64,000 nt of DNA, from the NCBI RefSeq assembly GCF_004010195.1, contig NC_057758.1, positions 2,875,340 through 2,939,339 on the forward strand, given 5' to 3'. Of this stretch, positions 12,526 through 26,237 are shown piece by piece (position 1 is the first letter of the stretch; each line of letters begins with the position of its first letter). The DNA is from Chiloscyllium plagiosum (taxonomy: Eukaryota). A program made the position numbers and the translations under genes. The notes under the pieces are model-generated. The model ran no database searches. It saw only the letters and a program-made list of their open reading frames with translations, and had not been told where the DNA came from.

Positions 12526-13432
12526 TCTTCTTTGATGTCTGAAAGGTACACAACAGAATCCCTAGACCATGCAATACCCCTGGACCATAATTAAAACATA
12601 GTTAACACATTGTACATCACTGCAATAACTTCCTTCTAAAACACATGGAACGAGTGGAGCTAGGAGAGAGAATAACTGGAGAAAAAGGTTCACTGATGTG
12701 AACAATCGAACAGAGTAGGGCATCCACCTGTGGTCTCATTGAGGTACACAAAGACAGAACAATGCAAATTGTTGCCTTCATTTTCTCACCAAAATGTATT
12801 GGGATCACAGCAGTGCAGGTTATGTGAAGTTTATTCTAACAACTGTTAGTGAAGACAAGAACTGTGTGCAGTGCTGCAGCTTTGGCCGATTATTGTTGCA
12901 TCAAATTCAGAATGAAACGGATGTCCCCAAGGTGGAGATATTTGGGAAGCAGGACTGTCAGATTCTCCATCAGTTTGGCAACAGAGACTGAGAAGGTATC
13001 GGAGTCTTTGGCGGGCTTAAAACTGGTCAGAACCCCAGGTCCGGAACTGAGCAACGTCTTAATTCAGAGACTTGTTCGAATTTGTAAGGCGCTGCTTGGG
13101 AGAGTGGTGGAGGTGGATTCCACAGGATGTTCAAAAGAATATATATTCGACTGAGAGGGTCATAGGGATTGAGATGGAGAACAGGAATAAGTGGGAAGCT
13201 CTTTCAGGAGCGTAGACCGACCCGCTGACTGAAAAAGTCGTTTCAGCACTGTAATACTAAATGATTTTTACATGTTGGTTAGCAGAACAAATCCTGCTCA
13301 AAGGTGCGTTGTTTCAAGACCGGTCTTAAAGAAAGAGATAAACATGGTTAGTTTTAGAGAGGCGGTACATGGTGTAGAGAACTCGCAACTTGGGGCATGA
13401 CCAGCAATGCTAACATCATTAATACGGCATCG

Positions 13433-13903
13433 TGTGGTGAAACGGTTAAAAATTATGTCCCAATACATGTGTGAATCTAACCGGAATGGAGGTGTTGCTT
13501 AGTCCCGTGTGAATCTTATTACACACCTCCCCGTGTGAATCTTCTTATCTGTATGTAACCAGAATGGAATGTGTTTTTTAGCCTTGCTCTGCTGTTCACA
13601 TGAATGTTTATATCTGGAAAAGAGTATATCAGCTGGAAAAGTCTCCAGTTCGGTGAGTCTGCTCCGGGGTTACGTTTAACCGCCGAGCGTGGGTTGTTGG
13701 CAACCGCTCTACGAGAACTGACGGCTCCCAGTTCCGGTAACATGTAGAGTGAGTATAAACCAGACCCGTTGTAAGTACGAGACCTGGTTGTGGCGACGCT
13801 GCGGGGAATAAAACACTTATATTCTAGCAGACTCGCCTCTTGGTCGTTTGTTCTGTGTCAGACTACTCTCCTACGAACCTGACCTTGAGAATTTTTTAAA
13901 ACA
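13433..13903 (+). mobile_element. Probable solo LTR
   Basis: TG...CA ends with CATCG on both sides (13428-13432, 13904-13908); TATAAA near 13754 and AATAAA near 13807; CpG-rich. Confidence 0.6.
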
Positions 13904-15899
13904 CATCGATCACAGAAGGACAGATTTGGAGGGGCTCTGACACCATGAGGATTCAATCCGTCACCCCCTTGCAGTTATCAGACAAGAAGACGGAGGAGCA
14001 TAAGTAAGCCATTCATAACATCACGTCTGCTGTGACATTCAATGCCATCGTGGTTTATCTGATTATTCTCAAATCCAAACTCCTGCATTTTCGTGATACT
14101 TTCTCGATTAGCATCGTGCTTAAGATTCTGTCTGTCTCTCTGATCACTGAATCTTCTCTGGATTATTTCCAATGCCAAAACATCTTTCCTCGGACGAGGG
14201 ACTGAAAGGTGTTATCAATATGCCAGTGGAGCTCCCACGAGATTCTTGGAGGGTTTCGGCAAAGCCTCCTGGCCTTAGGACTTCATTGCCTTTGAAAGTA
14301 CGGTTTGGCAAAGCCATGGATGCATTTCAAAACTTGTGGGTGTATTTGCGAATCGATCTACTCAGAGTTGGTTTTATACACCTCTGGATTATTTCGGAAT
14401 TGAACACAGAGTTTCCTCTATCAAACGTCGGGCTACTACAACTGGACGACAAAAGCCCGCCGTCACTTCGGTGCAGCCTGTCAATGGGACAACTGATAGT
14501 ACAGCGAATTGCTGAACACACACCTGAACAGCAGCAAAAGAGGACAGATGCTACTGTTGCACTGTTATCCTATTTGCAAATGGTGAGATTTACAATCTGT
14601 TGCAGTAAAATTAAATGATGAACATACCTTCTGTGTCGGCTTCCATTAACACTAGGGCGTCAGGCAGCAAAAGCACTGTTGTCACATCACTGCTGTAATT
14701 GTAAGAGGGAGAATGATCCGACTGAAACACAGATCTTCTTTTCATGTGCTCACAGAGTATTGTGATAGTATTAAACATCGACACAATGACGACTGTCTCC
14801 ATTTGGCTTCTATTAAAATGCCGATCACTAACTGAGACCGACAACAAATGGAAAAAAAAGCTTAATTTTATCTTCTGGACTTTTACATCAAAAAACGAAC
14901 GATACTGATCTGATTAATGATTAAAACGGATGAAGTTCAAAATCGATTCTTCCTTGAAACAGGGGGATTCTATTCATCACCTCTAGTCAGTTCAGCCGTT
15001 CAATAAGAAGATGGCTGCCCTATGCCAGTCCTGGGACCATATCATTGATGTAATTGCTGAATATTCAACTGTCCGGGTCATACATTCTCAAGGTTATGAA
15101 ATCTGTTTGCAGGTAGAAGTGATTTCTACCATCTCTCCTGAATGACCTGCTCTTCATTCTTACAATTTTATGCGAGGGTCTTTGGCTGAGACTATCATTT
15201 ATTGCCTATCTCACGTTGCCATTGATAAGGTGGTGATGCACTGCGTTCTTGAACAGAAGTAGTTCATATACTTCAAGTAGACCAATGATGTGTTTCGAGA
15301 CGTAAGTGCAGCAGTCAATCGCAACACATTTTTGACTTCAAATTCAACCTTTGGGAATAGTTTATTTTTAGCAACCCTGTCTTTTTCTATTAACATCGAG
15401 AAGACCTCAGCTGTAATCGTTTTTAGACATCTAAGTTCCAGGGAATAAAGGTGTAACTTGTCTAATCTTTCCTCAAAATGCAACCCCGAAGTCCAGGGCT
15501 CATCCCTGTAAACCTGCACAAATTTCACTCAAACACCAAAATGACCGTCCTCGGGTCTGGTGCTCAGATCTTCTGACTGCAATTTCAGGGAGCAATTGAC
15601 ATGGACCACATGATCCCTCTGTATACTTTTGTCTAAATAGCTATTCAATGTTATGTGAATTTCTTCGTCCCCAAACTTTACAGGCAGTTAGTTCCAGATG
15701 AACCTGAAGGATGGGGCAAACTCCTGAATTCATCAATGGATCTTGAAACTATATGTCCATCCTGCTTATAAGAAGATTCATAAGACTGAATCCAGGTATG
15801 GGAGACTGTCTCATAAGGAGATGTTGAGTAGATTGAGCCTGCACCCATCGGAGTTTCGACGAATGAGAGTCAGCTTTTTTGACATATATTAAATTGTTT

Positions 15900-16830
15900 T
15901 GGAACTTGACAGAGTTTATTTCCCCTTTGGGTTGGAATCTCGGACGAAAGGGCATCATCTCAGAATAACGTTTCGCCCATTTAAGGCGGAGGTAAGGAGC
16001 GAAAATTCACTGGTCTCAGTTATAGCCAACATAACAGTAGGTGGAGATACAGTTGGTGAGATATCGATTCAGATTATAAAGAGATGTTTGTCGTTTAAAT
16101 CAGATGGTGGGGGGAATGGTAAATTGTGTATTATGTGTGAAGACGTGAAGTAGGTTATTTTGGAAGGGAGAACAAAAACAATACAATATTATTTAAATGG
16201 AGAAAACTTCAACACAGTGTGGTTGGGGCTCCTGTGCTCAAATCACAGCAATTAATCAGAAATTTTGATGGAATTTCCGTCTGTGTACTGGGCAGTCCTG
16301 GTCCCCATTTTACGGGAAAGATATCATTTCATTAGAGGCAGTTCAGACAAGGTTCACTGGGATTCTTGCTGATATGAAGGGATTATCTCATGAGCAAAGT
16401 CCAAAATGCTTGTGGATGTACTTACTGGAGTTTAGAAGAATGAGAGGTTTTCTGACGTTCAATTATTGGAATTTTTAAGGGGTCTTTACATGGGGATTGT
16501 TTAGAGAATGTTACTCCTCATGAGGGAGTCAAGGACCAGAGTCTCAGAATACAGTTGTACTCATTTAATACTGAGATGAGGAGTAAGTTCTTCTCTCAGA
16601 GATGTGATTGCTTGAAAATCCTTGCCAAAACGAGTTGTGGTGGCCACTTCCCCACTTACCTTGCTGGCTGCAACAGGGATATTCTCGATCAGTCAGTCAG
16701 AATCAAGGGAAGCAGAGAAAGGGCAGGAAAGTGGATGTGAAGAATGTTTGAGAAGCAGACTTTTGGGTGAATAGCAGAGCAGGTTTGAGGGGCCGTGCGG
16801 CCTTCTCCTCGTCCTATCTTTAGCAGTCTT
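15900..16830 (+). mobile_element. Degraded CR1 3' fragments
   Basis: Decayed FWSP and RSKFFSQR-type coding plus 3' UTR similarity to other CR1 copies. Confidence 0.65.
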
Positions 16831-17134
16831 TACTGAAATTAATCCTTCATTGTTAACATCACTCTGTATCACAAACCAGCCTCTCGGCCAACTGAGCTAC
16901 TCAGATGGAAGTGGGTATTGCAGATGCTGGAGATCAGAGTCAAGATTGTGTTTTAACAAGAAATGACTAGGGAAACATCAACTGCAAGTTCCACACATTT
17001 CTCTAAATTGTGTCTGCTAAGTCCTGACATTTCTGGGGAATCACAGCAAACCAGGGACAACACATACCCTCACCTTTACTTTCCAAAGCAGAATTTGAGC
17101 AATGATTGTGAATTAATTTGAGACAAGGTTAGAA

Positions 17135-17297
17135 AACTGCTGAAAAAGCACTGCAGATCAGGCATCATCCGAGGAGCAGGAAAATCGATGTTTCCGGCCA
17201 AAGGCCAGAATCCTGATGCACGGCTTTTGCCCGAAACGTCGATTATCCTGCTCCTCGGATGCTGCCTAGTCTTCTGTGGTTTTGTAGCACCACACTA
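17135..17297. mobile_element. Penelope-terminus fold-back element with hammerhead-like centre
   Basis: GGCATCATCCGAGGAGCAGGAAAATCGA / TCGATTATCCTGCTCCTCGGATGCTGCC; centre AAUC-CUGAUGC-A-CGGCUUUUGCCC-GAAACGUC-GAUU (one core mutation). Confidence 0.75.
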
Positions 17298-17606
17298 ATA
17301 TCAACTGAGCCACTCAACCCCAACATTGACATAAAGATGCATGATTGAAATACTCTTCGCACATGGTGGTTTCAAGGTATCAGGCAAGGTTGAGCCAAAG
17401 GAAAATAATTGAGAAACAGAAAGGCAGAGATCATGCAACACCTTACTAGCTGCGAGGCTCCATTCCGTCTCTCAGAATTCAACAGAGCTTGCACTGTCCC
17501 ATAGTAAAAACTGGAAAAGATCCAGCATCCCACTGTGTGCTGGCATAATCTATAAACAGGGTGCAATCAATTGAGTGATCAACTGTCAGTCTCCTGGACT
17601 GCAGAC

Positions 17607-18390
17607 TGTTACAACATGGCAGTGAACCTTTCTGCGAATTAAACGCAACACCCAGAAAAAGCTGACCTCATCTCATAATCTGCTAAAGTATGAGTAACAA
17701 GGAGCTCCCAAATTCAAATACTTAAATTAAATAAATTAAGATATTATTTGACTTTAAAAATGGACATTGGACAATTACAATTTACAACTCTAAGCCTCCT
17801 TTCTCTTTAATGCATGTTATCTGGCTCCAACTCTTTCACAATATACTGTTCCAATGCACATCCGTATTTGAATTACAAATACTTCATTCCTCACACACCA
17901 ACCAGCTGTCGTCATCGGCGCATGTCTTTTTTCAGGTTAGATCTCCCTGGGTCGTCTTCAGTTTTCTATGTCAAAGATGTTGCAAATGAAAAAGATACCT
18001 TTATTAGAGAATATTTTGAATGGTAATCTCTCTCTAGATGGCAGTTACTCACTCGATGCCAGTAGCTCTCTATCTAACTTTCCAACGTGCCTGTTTCTTT
18101 ACAACCTAAACAATAGATAATCTCATTACTTTCAGGTTGGCAAAAAACATGAAATTCAAACTCGACTGATTTTGACTATACTGGGGAATTGTTTAAACTG
18201 ATTTGTTAAATTCGAATCGTTGTGAAAACAGCAACCACAACTCAGGATCTTGATTTGCAGACAAATATTCCACGTATTCAGTTTTCCAGTGCACTCTGAG
18301 AGAGCTGGCTCGTCACGTCGTAGTTGCTGGCCAGCCTGCAGTGCAAAGCAGCTTTCACTCTCTCTCTTCATCACCTTCAACTTCACAACA
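17607..18390 (-). mobile_element. 3' LTR of a Gypsy retrotransposon
   Basis: TGTT...AACA termini; preceded on the minus strand by purine tract AGGGGAAAGG (18391-18400); homologous along its length to the solo LTR at 44691-45437. Confidence 0.8.
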
Positions 18391-18569
18391 CCTTTCCCCT
18401 AAAGAAAAAGAAATGAACTATCAAACTGAAAAGATAGCTTCATTCTTTTTCAAATTATTGACTCCCACTACAAGGAAATGCACAGGACATTAATCTAAGT
18501 TCATATCAATTCCTGCACGCACACAGGCATATAGACACAATTGTTATCTGCTCAGCCTCATTGTATCCG

Positions 18570-19310
18570 TTAAATTCGCGATAACGCATTTGCTATCGCA
18601 TTCTTACGACCACAACATGTACAGTTTGTAAATTAAAAATGTGTAACATCAAACTCCAAAGAAATGGTTTCATATTCTTGTCTTTAAATATTGCCAAGAA
18701 TGCAAGGGGATTGTGATCCGATTGCACAACTGTCTCTGACACATTGTTTGTCAAATAAACATTACAGTGGTGTAAGGCCTGTACCAGCCTCGTTAATTCC
18801 TTTTCGATGGCAGAGAATTTTCACGGGTGGTTGTTCAGTTTCTTCGAAAAGTATCCAATTGGCCATTCAATTCCATCGTCATTATCCTGTAGCATTACCT
18901 CTCCGACTCCTTTATCACTTGCACCGATTACAACTTTGGAGGGTTTCAAAATATTTGGTGTAGTTCAAATTGGTCCGATTGTTCATCCTGCTTTCAACTT
19001 GTCAACTATCTCCTGCATTGTTCTATCCAACGAAATATTATGTTCTTCTTCAGTATGTCTGCAGCCGTGCCAATATGCTGCTGAAATTGGGATGTAGCTC
19101 GTGGTGAAATTCGCTTAGTCCCAAAAATGGAAGCACCTCTTTCTTCGAGATTGGTCATGAAAATTCCTCGATGGCCTTCATCTTTACGTTCCTTGAGGTC
19201 AATCTTTCATGACTGATGTTATGTCCCAAGAACATCACCTCTACCTTCGCGAATTCTATTTACTTTAAGATTATTACCAGTTTTGCTTCTCTTCATCTTT
19301 TAAAGCGCCT
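18570..19310 (-). mobile_element. Gypsy pol remnant (RT C-terminus and RNase H), probably Gmr1-like
   Basis: EFAKVEVMFLGH...FLGL...GASDKGVGEVMLQ...PIGYFSKKL...FSAIEKEL...SDHNPL...GRKNAIANALSRI*; pol ends after RNase H. Confidence 0.85.
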
Positions 19311-19554
19311 AACTGCGCCTTGTGGTCTTTCTATGACTCACAAAAGGTCACTACATCATTCAGACAGACCGCACATTATATTAACTCAGCCACAACACGT
19401 TTCATGCGTCTTTGGAATGTGGCTGGTGTGTTTTTCATTCCAAACTATTCAATTCACTAAACGTGCTTTCCATGACCTCTTCATTACAATTGTTCAGCTG
19501 GTATAAAATGTTAAAAAGAAGAGCAAACATTATTTCAACAGAGAGCTAACGCAA

Positions 19555-20040
19555 AATTAGTTATGCCACTGTTGGAATATTGTGTGCAATTCCAGTCACC
19601 GTCCCATCGAAGAAATTGTGACACTTGAAAAGATTCGCAACAGATTTACAACGATGTTGTCGGGACTTAAGCTGTAGGGAGATGCTGAATAGTCTGGGGC
19701 TACTTTCCCTGTAGTATCGAAGGCTGAAGGGTGACCGTGTAGGAGTTAATAAAATCATGAGTCGCATCGATAGGGTCAATAGACAAGGACTATTTCCTCT
19801 GGTCGTGGAGTCTGGAACTAGAGTGCATAGCTTTAGTTGGAGAGGAGAAAATTGTAGGACGGACCAAAGGGGCAAACGTTAACGCACAGTGTCGTGCATG
19901 TATGCAATGAGCTGGCACAGGAAGCGGTGGAGATTGGCATGTTTACAATATCTAAAAGTTGTCGGGGTGGGTACATGAATAAGAACGAATTAGAGGGTTA
20001 TGGGTCAAGTGTTGGCAAAGAGAAACAGGTTAGTTTAGGA
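19555..20040 (+). mobile_element. CR1 LINE 3' fragment
   Basis: PLLEYCVQF-like coding through to the 3' UTR. Confidence 0.8.
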
Positions 20041-20129
20041 TCAATAATGTTTAAGATTAAAAATGACAATAGATGTCAGAACCATGTTATGCTTCTCTTG
20101 CTCAAGGTGAGAGCTCAGGACCGTAGCTG

Positions 20130-23100
20130 ATATCCCTGACTCCACCACGTGTGGTGTTTCCAACTGCAGTTCATGTTCGACTGGATGACTGCTCGACAGC
20201 TGCAGATGGATACGCTTTGTAGCATCTGAAGTGTTGAATGGTCGTGGAAAGCACATTTAGCAAATTGGTCACACAACGCATTAGACTTGCTGAGAAGAAA
20301 GTGAATGGGTGACCAAAAGGTGGGGAAAGAACAGGTAGGTAGTGCAGATGTCCACTATGGTCATCTAACTCCAAAACAGGTATACTGTTTGGGATACTGT
20401 TGTGGGAGATAGCTCACCAGGGCAAGGCAGCAATAGCCAGATTCATGTCATCGTGGCTGGCTTTGATGTACAGAAGCGTGGGGAAAAGAATGCCAGGGCT
20501 GCTGTGATGCGTTTTCAATTGGAAGGGGAGAAGATAGGCGATTCTGTGGTCGAAAACGAGACAGCTGAATAGAACGTTGCCTCCAAAGTACATTGGTCAG
20601 TGATGTCTCAGGTAGGCTGTAGAACAATCTGAAAGGGGTGGGAGGGGGGAGGTGGTGAACAGCCAGTTGTCGTGGTGCATAGAAGCAACAGTGAAATAGG
20701 TTTTAAAAAAGGACGATGTCCTCTTCGCAGAATTTGTGGGGTTATGAGCCATGCAAAAATGTACTACGTTGGAGGTATTGATCCAACGTCAGGATTGTTG
20801 CCAGTGCCAGTGCTCATCAGCATAGAAATGAAAGAATAGGCAGGATGAATTTGTGGATTCGGAGATGATGCAGAAGGGAGGTGTTCTCATTTTAAGGACG
20901 TGGGAACCACTTCTGGGTTAGGTGGGCCGATTACAAATTGGATGATCAGCACCAGTGCACGACTGGAAGCAATGTCCTATGGTGTGCTTTGACTAACGCT
21001 GTTGGGGACGGTTTAAACTAACGTGGCAGAGGGATGAGAATCAAATGAGGAGGTTAGTGGAGGTAGTAACTAAAGTTTGTTAGGAGCAGGATAATGAAGT
21101 CAACGTGACAGAGGGCAAGACTAGCCAGGGCGGAGATGATTTCCCAAAAGGACAGGTGGTCTGAAGTAAACCTTTTTTAAAATGTTAGACGTGTAGTAGG
21201 TGAGGTGAACGTATGGCATGAATTAGTTCCCGTGATCTTGATGATATTGCTCGTACTGATACTTGTTTGATGGAAGATTTGCAACTAAAAATTCCAAGAC
21301 ATAGAAGTTTAGGGCGGGATGATGTGTGAGGTAAAATAGGTGGAGGATTTGCACGACTGGTCAGAGAGGATAATCACAATTCTGCTGAAGAAGAGTACTA
21401 TGGAAGACATAAGCAGTGAGTAAATATGGGCAGAGCTCAGGAATAGGAATTAGGAAGGGTGCGTTAACAATGTTTGGGCTGAATTACAGGCCTGTCGACA
21501 GTGAGTCTAATAAAGGTACAAATATATTAATAGATTATGGAAATGTGTCAGAACAACAGGCTGGTGGTGATAGAAGACTTTTCTTTTCGCAACATTGATT
21601 TAGATTCACTTAGTATTAGAGATCTAGTTGAAACAGAATTTCTGAGTAGCAGCCAGGAGCATACATAAATAGTCCAGGAGGGTATGTAAATCATTCAACT
21701 CGGAATGGGGCCATTCTCGACATGTTGTTAGAGAAAAAGGTGAATAGGTGGTCGCAGTTTCAGTCGGGCATGACTTTGGGAATAATGATCACAATTATAT
21801 AAGTTTTAGAATACTCATGGACAAAAACAAGAGTGGTCCTAAATAAGGGTGCTAAATCGGGGGAAGGCCAACTGTAGAAAAATATGGCAGGAGTTGTGGA
21901 ATGTGGATTTGGAGCACCTGTTTGAAAGTAAATCCACATTTGATATGTGGGAAGCTTTTAAAGGTAGATTATTAGAGCGCAGGACTGACATGCCCTGTGA
22001 AAATGAGGGACAGATAGCAGGTGAAATGGTCAGAATAGCTAAGAGGAAAATGGAAGCTTAAGTAAGATCTAGGCGACTGAAAACAAGCGAAGCTTGGAAA
22101 AATGTCTGGAAAGTAGGAGCAATCTGAAATGAGGCAATAAGAGGACTAAAAGGCGTCAAGAAATATATTTAGCGAACAGTGTTAAGGAAAACCCCAAAAC
22201 CTTTTATTGGTACATGAGGAGCAAGACTGATGCTCAAAACAAGGACAAAGGAGGTAAGTTTTGCGTGGAGTTAGAGAAAATGGGTGAGATTGTTAATGAG
22301 TACAGTGACTCATTAGGACACGACAGTGTTGAGGTTAAGGATAGATGTTGATTTCTCTAGATCAAGTTGGCCGAAGGAGACAGAAAGTGTTGGATATTCA
22401 GAAAGGCATTAAGATGGACAAGTTCCCAAGCCCAGATGGGATCTATATCACGATACCGATGGAAGCGAGAAGGAAATAGTTTCGGCATTAAGAAAAAAGT
22501 ATCTTCAGTATCGCTGATCACAGGTGAAGTGATGGACGACTGGAGAATTGCTAATGTTGCCCCCTTGTTTAAGAATGGTAGCAGCGAAGTTCCAAGTAAT
22601 TATTGACTGGTCAGCCTGATGTCAGTGGTAGCGAAGCTGTTGGAGAAGGAACTGAAGAATGGGATTCATTTACATTTGTAAGAAAATTCACTTATTAGTG
22701 ATCGGCAACATGCTTTTGTATAGGGAAAGATTATGTCTTATCAACTTCAATAGACGTATTTGAGGAAGTGACAAATTTCATAGATGTGGGAAGGACTGTA
22801 TTTGACATATACATGGTTTTCAGTGAGGCTTTTCATAATGTTCCACGTGGTAGGCTGATGGGAAAATGAAGTCCCTGGGGTCCACTGCCTGCGAGCCATA
22901 AGGATCGAGAACTGGCTGGGCAGCAGGAAACAGAGCGTAGTCACCGAAGGGAATTTCTCAAAATGGAGAACTGTGACCAGCAGTTTTCCACAGTGATCTG
23001 TGTTGGGGCAATTGTTTTGCATATATGATCTGGAGGAATGTGTCGATGGTCTGATTAACAAGTTAGCAGATAACATCAACATTTCTGGAGTCGTAGATAG

Positions 23101-23955
23101 TCGGGAAGACTATTAGAGAATGCATCAGAATATAGATTGATTGGAGATTTTGGCAGAGAAATGGCAGATGCAGTTCAATCTGGGAAATGTGAGGTTATGC
23201 ATTTTGTAACATCCAAGAGTGAATTATACAGCAAATGGAAATGCCCTGGGGAAAATTGATGTCCAGAGAAATCAGTATGTACAAGTCGATTGTTCTGTAA
23301 AGGTCGCAATGCAGGTCGATAGACAGGTTAAGAATATATAGAGCATGCTTTCCTTAATCGGACTGGATATTGAGTACAAGGTTTGGCAGGTTATGTTCCA
23401 GTTATCTGGAAATTTCGTTTGGCCAAAATTAGAACACTGAATGCAGTTCTGGTCGTCACATTACCGAAAAGATATGGATTCTTTGGAGAAAATGAAGTGG
23501 AGGTCGACCAGGATTTTGCCTGGTATGGAGGATGCGAGCTATGAAGAGAATTTGAAAATGTTGTTATTATTACATTAGAAAGAAGGATGTTGAGGAGTGA
23601 CCTGATTTAGATCTACAGAAATCACGAGAGGTAGTGGGAGGGTTGGGTATCAAGATGCGTTTTCCTAGAGTAATGATTACATGTTCAAGGTGACAGGAAA
23701 AGTTTAAGGGAGAAATACATGGAAATATCTTTATGCACAGGGTGATGGCTGCCTGGAACACTTTGTAAGAGGAGGTGGTAGAGGCGGGCATCATAGCATC
23801 ATTTAAGATATATCGAGACAGATATAAAAATGAGATGAAAGCAGAGCGATACATATCCTTGGTAAATAGGCACCAGTTTTAATAGAGAAGCTGGATGAGC
23901 GCAGGCTTGGACAGCTGAAGGCCCGTTTCCTGTGCTGTAATTCTCTTTGTTCTTT
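20130..23955 (+). mobile_element. Near full-length decayed CR1 LINE (ORF1 esterase-like, ORF2 APE-RT)
   Basis: ORF1 DRRFCGRKRDS and EQPVVVVH motifs; ORF2 DWRIANVAPLFK; (TTCTTTG)n tail at ~23941-23957. Confidence 0.88.
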
Positions 23956-24059
23956 GATATGTGGCCAGGATGGACGACTCGCACTAAATGGTCTGTTGCT
24001 GTGTTGTAAATCTCTATGATTCAATGATTCTAATCATTTTGCGGAGTGGAGAGATTTTT

Positions 24060-24810
24060 CTTTTCAGATGCACGAGTCCCAAGTAGTTCTTGTGTAAGCA
24101 CAGGTTATCATACAGGGGCTAATATGGTGCTGGCCTTTATGACAAGATGGAGTGAACTTAAGTGTGATTTTTCCATTATACAGGGTGCTGTAGTTTCCTC
24201 ATCTGTAATATCGTGTGCGTTTCTGGGCGCCTTATTGAAAGATGGATGTAAATTTGTTGGAATTTGGTGAAGAACAAAGATTCATGGTGAATAACCTGAA
24301 ATGAGCGGTTTGTTTGACGAGATAAGGTTGGAAAAATTGTGCTTGCTCCTTCTGGAGTTTTGGAGAGTGAAGCAGTGTGGGGGAGAGGGACGATTGATGC
24401 TGCAAGACATTGTACAGTCTTGTCAAAGCAAACATGTGGCGAGATATCTCCTGATGTGGGTCAATCTGGAATGAGAGGCGAACGGATTTACAGCTGGGGA
24501 GGATCGAGGTGGGGGATGGACCTTTCAGGTCGGAGATTAAAATTGTCTCTTTCACTCTCTGAGGACCATTATGTGTGACTGTGGCACTCTGTGCACTCGA
24601 AAGGTGCTGGAGGGGGTATATGGAAGATTTTTGAAGACGGTGGTGAACAGATTAATGTTGACAGAGAAATGGAAAGTTTTTGGAGGCGGACGGGGCAATG
24701 TGAAATTTCAAAGACAGCAGAATCACTCATGGACATTTTGAATGATGGAGTAGGGTCAAGGGAGCCGAATACCTTATGGTCTGCTCCTGACTGTTACCTC
24801 CTGTGATTGT
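24060..24810 (+). mobile_element. Old CR1 3' fragment
   Basis: Decayed CAFLGALLK (CVQFWSP-like) region; paralogous copy at 61960-62300. Confidence 0.65.
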
Positions 24811-25484
24811 AACTGAACGAAATCTTAATTAAACACATCCCGTGACCCTGTTTGCAGTTAATGTCTTAGCCGTCATGTCCATTTTTTCTGGAGCGGATGA
24901 CTTCTCACCTCGTTAATCTTAAACCTCTCCTGCGTATTCACAGCTTGCAATGTACTATGCCATGATGGTACAATGTGTCTAAGTTCCTCCAATGACGTGC
25001 TGCTAACAATGGTCACAATCTCTTCTTTATTTGGAACATCCACTCCTTCTCTTATTCCTGCAAGCACTTCAACCCTTACCTTCATCAATTATCTTTTCTC
25101 TACTGAATGTCTTGTAACTAGGAAGACGACACACCCCAGTCCTGCTCTAAGTGAAACCCCGACTTTGGAGCACCACAGCATTATTTTGTTTTCTACTGGG
25201 GACAGGTGGAGTGAAGATCTGCCACTGTATCTCGCCAACACTGATTTCCACTTACGTTGAACTCGCTTGCAGCACAATATGCTAACTTCCATGTTATTTC
25301 CTTTCCTACCCCTAATTACGAGTGTCTAATAACTTTCAGTTTCCTGAGGTGGGGTTACCAACAGTGAAATCATTCGATGCACCTTTTTGTTTCTCTCCGA
25401 ATTTTCACTATGGGACCACGTGTCTGACCAGTTGGTAAAAACACCTGCCCAGTGATAAACTAACATCAGACTGCAGTCTGCCAT

Positions 25485-26237
25485 ACAGTTATAGAGTCAT
25501 AGAGATATACAACATGGAAACAGATCATTCAGTCCAATCCGTCCGTACCGACCAGATATCCCAACCCAATCTCGTCCTACCTGCTAGTACCCAGCCCGTA
25601 TGCCTCCAAACCTTTATTATTCATATACACATTCAAATGTCTTTCAAAATTTGCAATTGTTCCAGTCTCCACCACTTACTCTGGCAGCTGATTCCATCTA
25701 CGTACCACCGTCTGTGTGAAAACTTTGCCCCTTAGGTCTCTTTTATATCTTTCCACTCTCGCCCTAAATCTATGCCTGGACTCCCTGACCCCAGGGAAAC
25801 GACTTAGTCTATTTATCGTTTCCATGCCACTCATAATTTTATGTACCTCTATAAGGTCACCCCTCAGCCTCCGACGGTCCAGGGAAAACAACCCCAGCCT
25901 GTTCAGCCTCTCCTTATAGCTGAAATCCTTCAAACTTGGCAACATCCTTGTAATTTATTTCTGAACACTTTCAAGTTACACAACATTTTTCCGATAGTGA
26001 GGAGACCAGAATTGCACGCAATACTCCAACAGTGGCCTAACCAATGACCTGTACAGCCGCAACATGACCTCCCAACTCCTGTACTCAATACTCTGACCGA
26101 TAAAGGAAAGTATACCAAACACCTTCTTCACTCTCCTCTCTGCCTGCGACTCCACTTTCAAGGAGATCTAAACCTGCACTCCAAGGTCTCTTTGTTCAGC
26201 AACACTCCCTCGGACCATACCATTAAGTGTATAAGTC
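25485..26237 (-). mobile_element. CR1 LINE 3' fragment (absent from duplication copy B)
   Basis: LYRSLVRPLLEYCVQFWSPHY, RLGLFSLDRRRLRGDLIEV, and an ATAGAGTC-type tail on the plus strand. Confidence 0.92.

Noticed and set aside
14172..14618. 148-aa ORF
   Set aside because: No recognisable domain or splice support; left unannotated.
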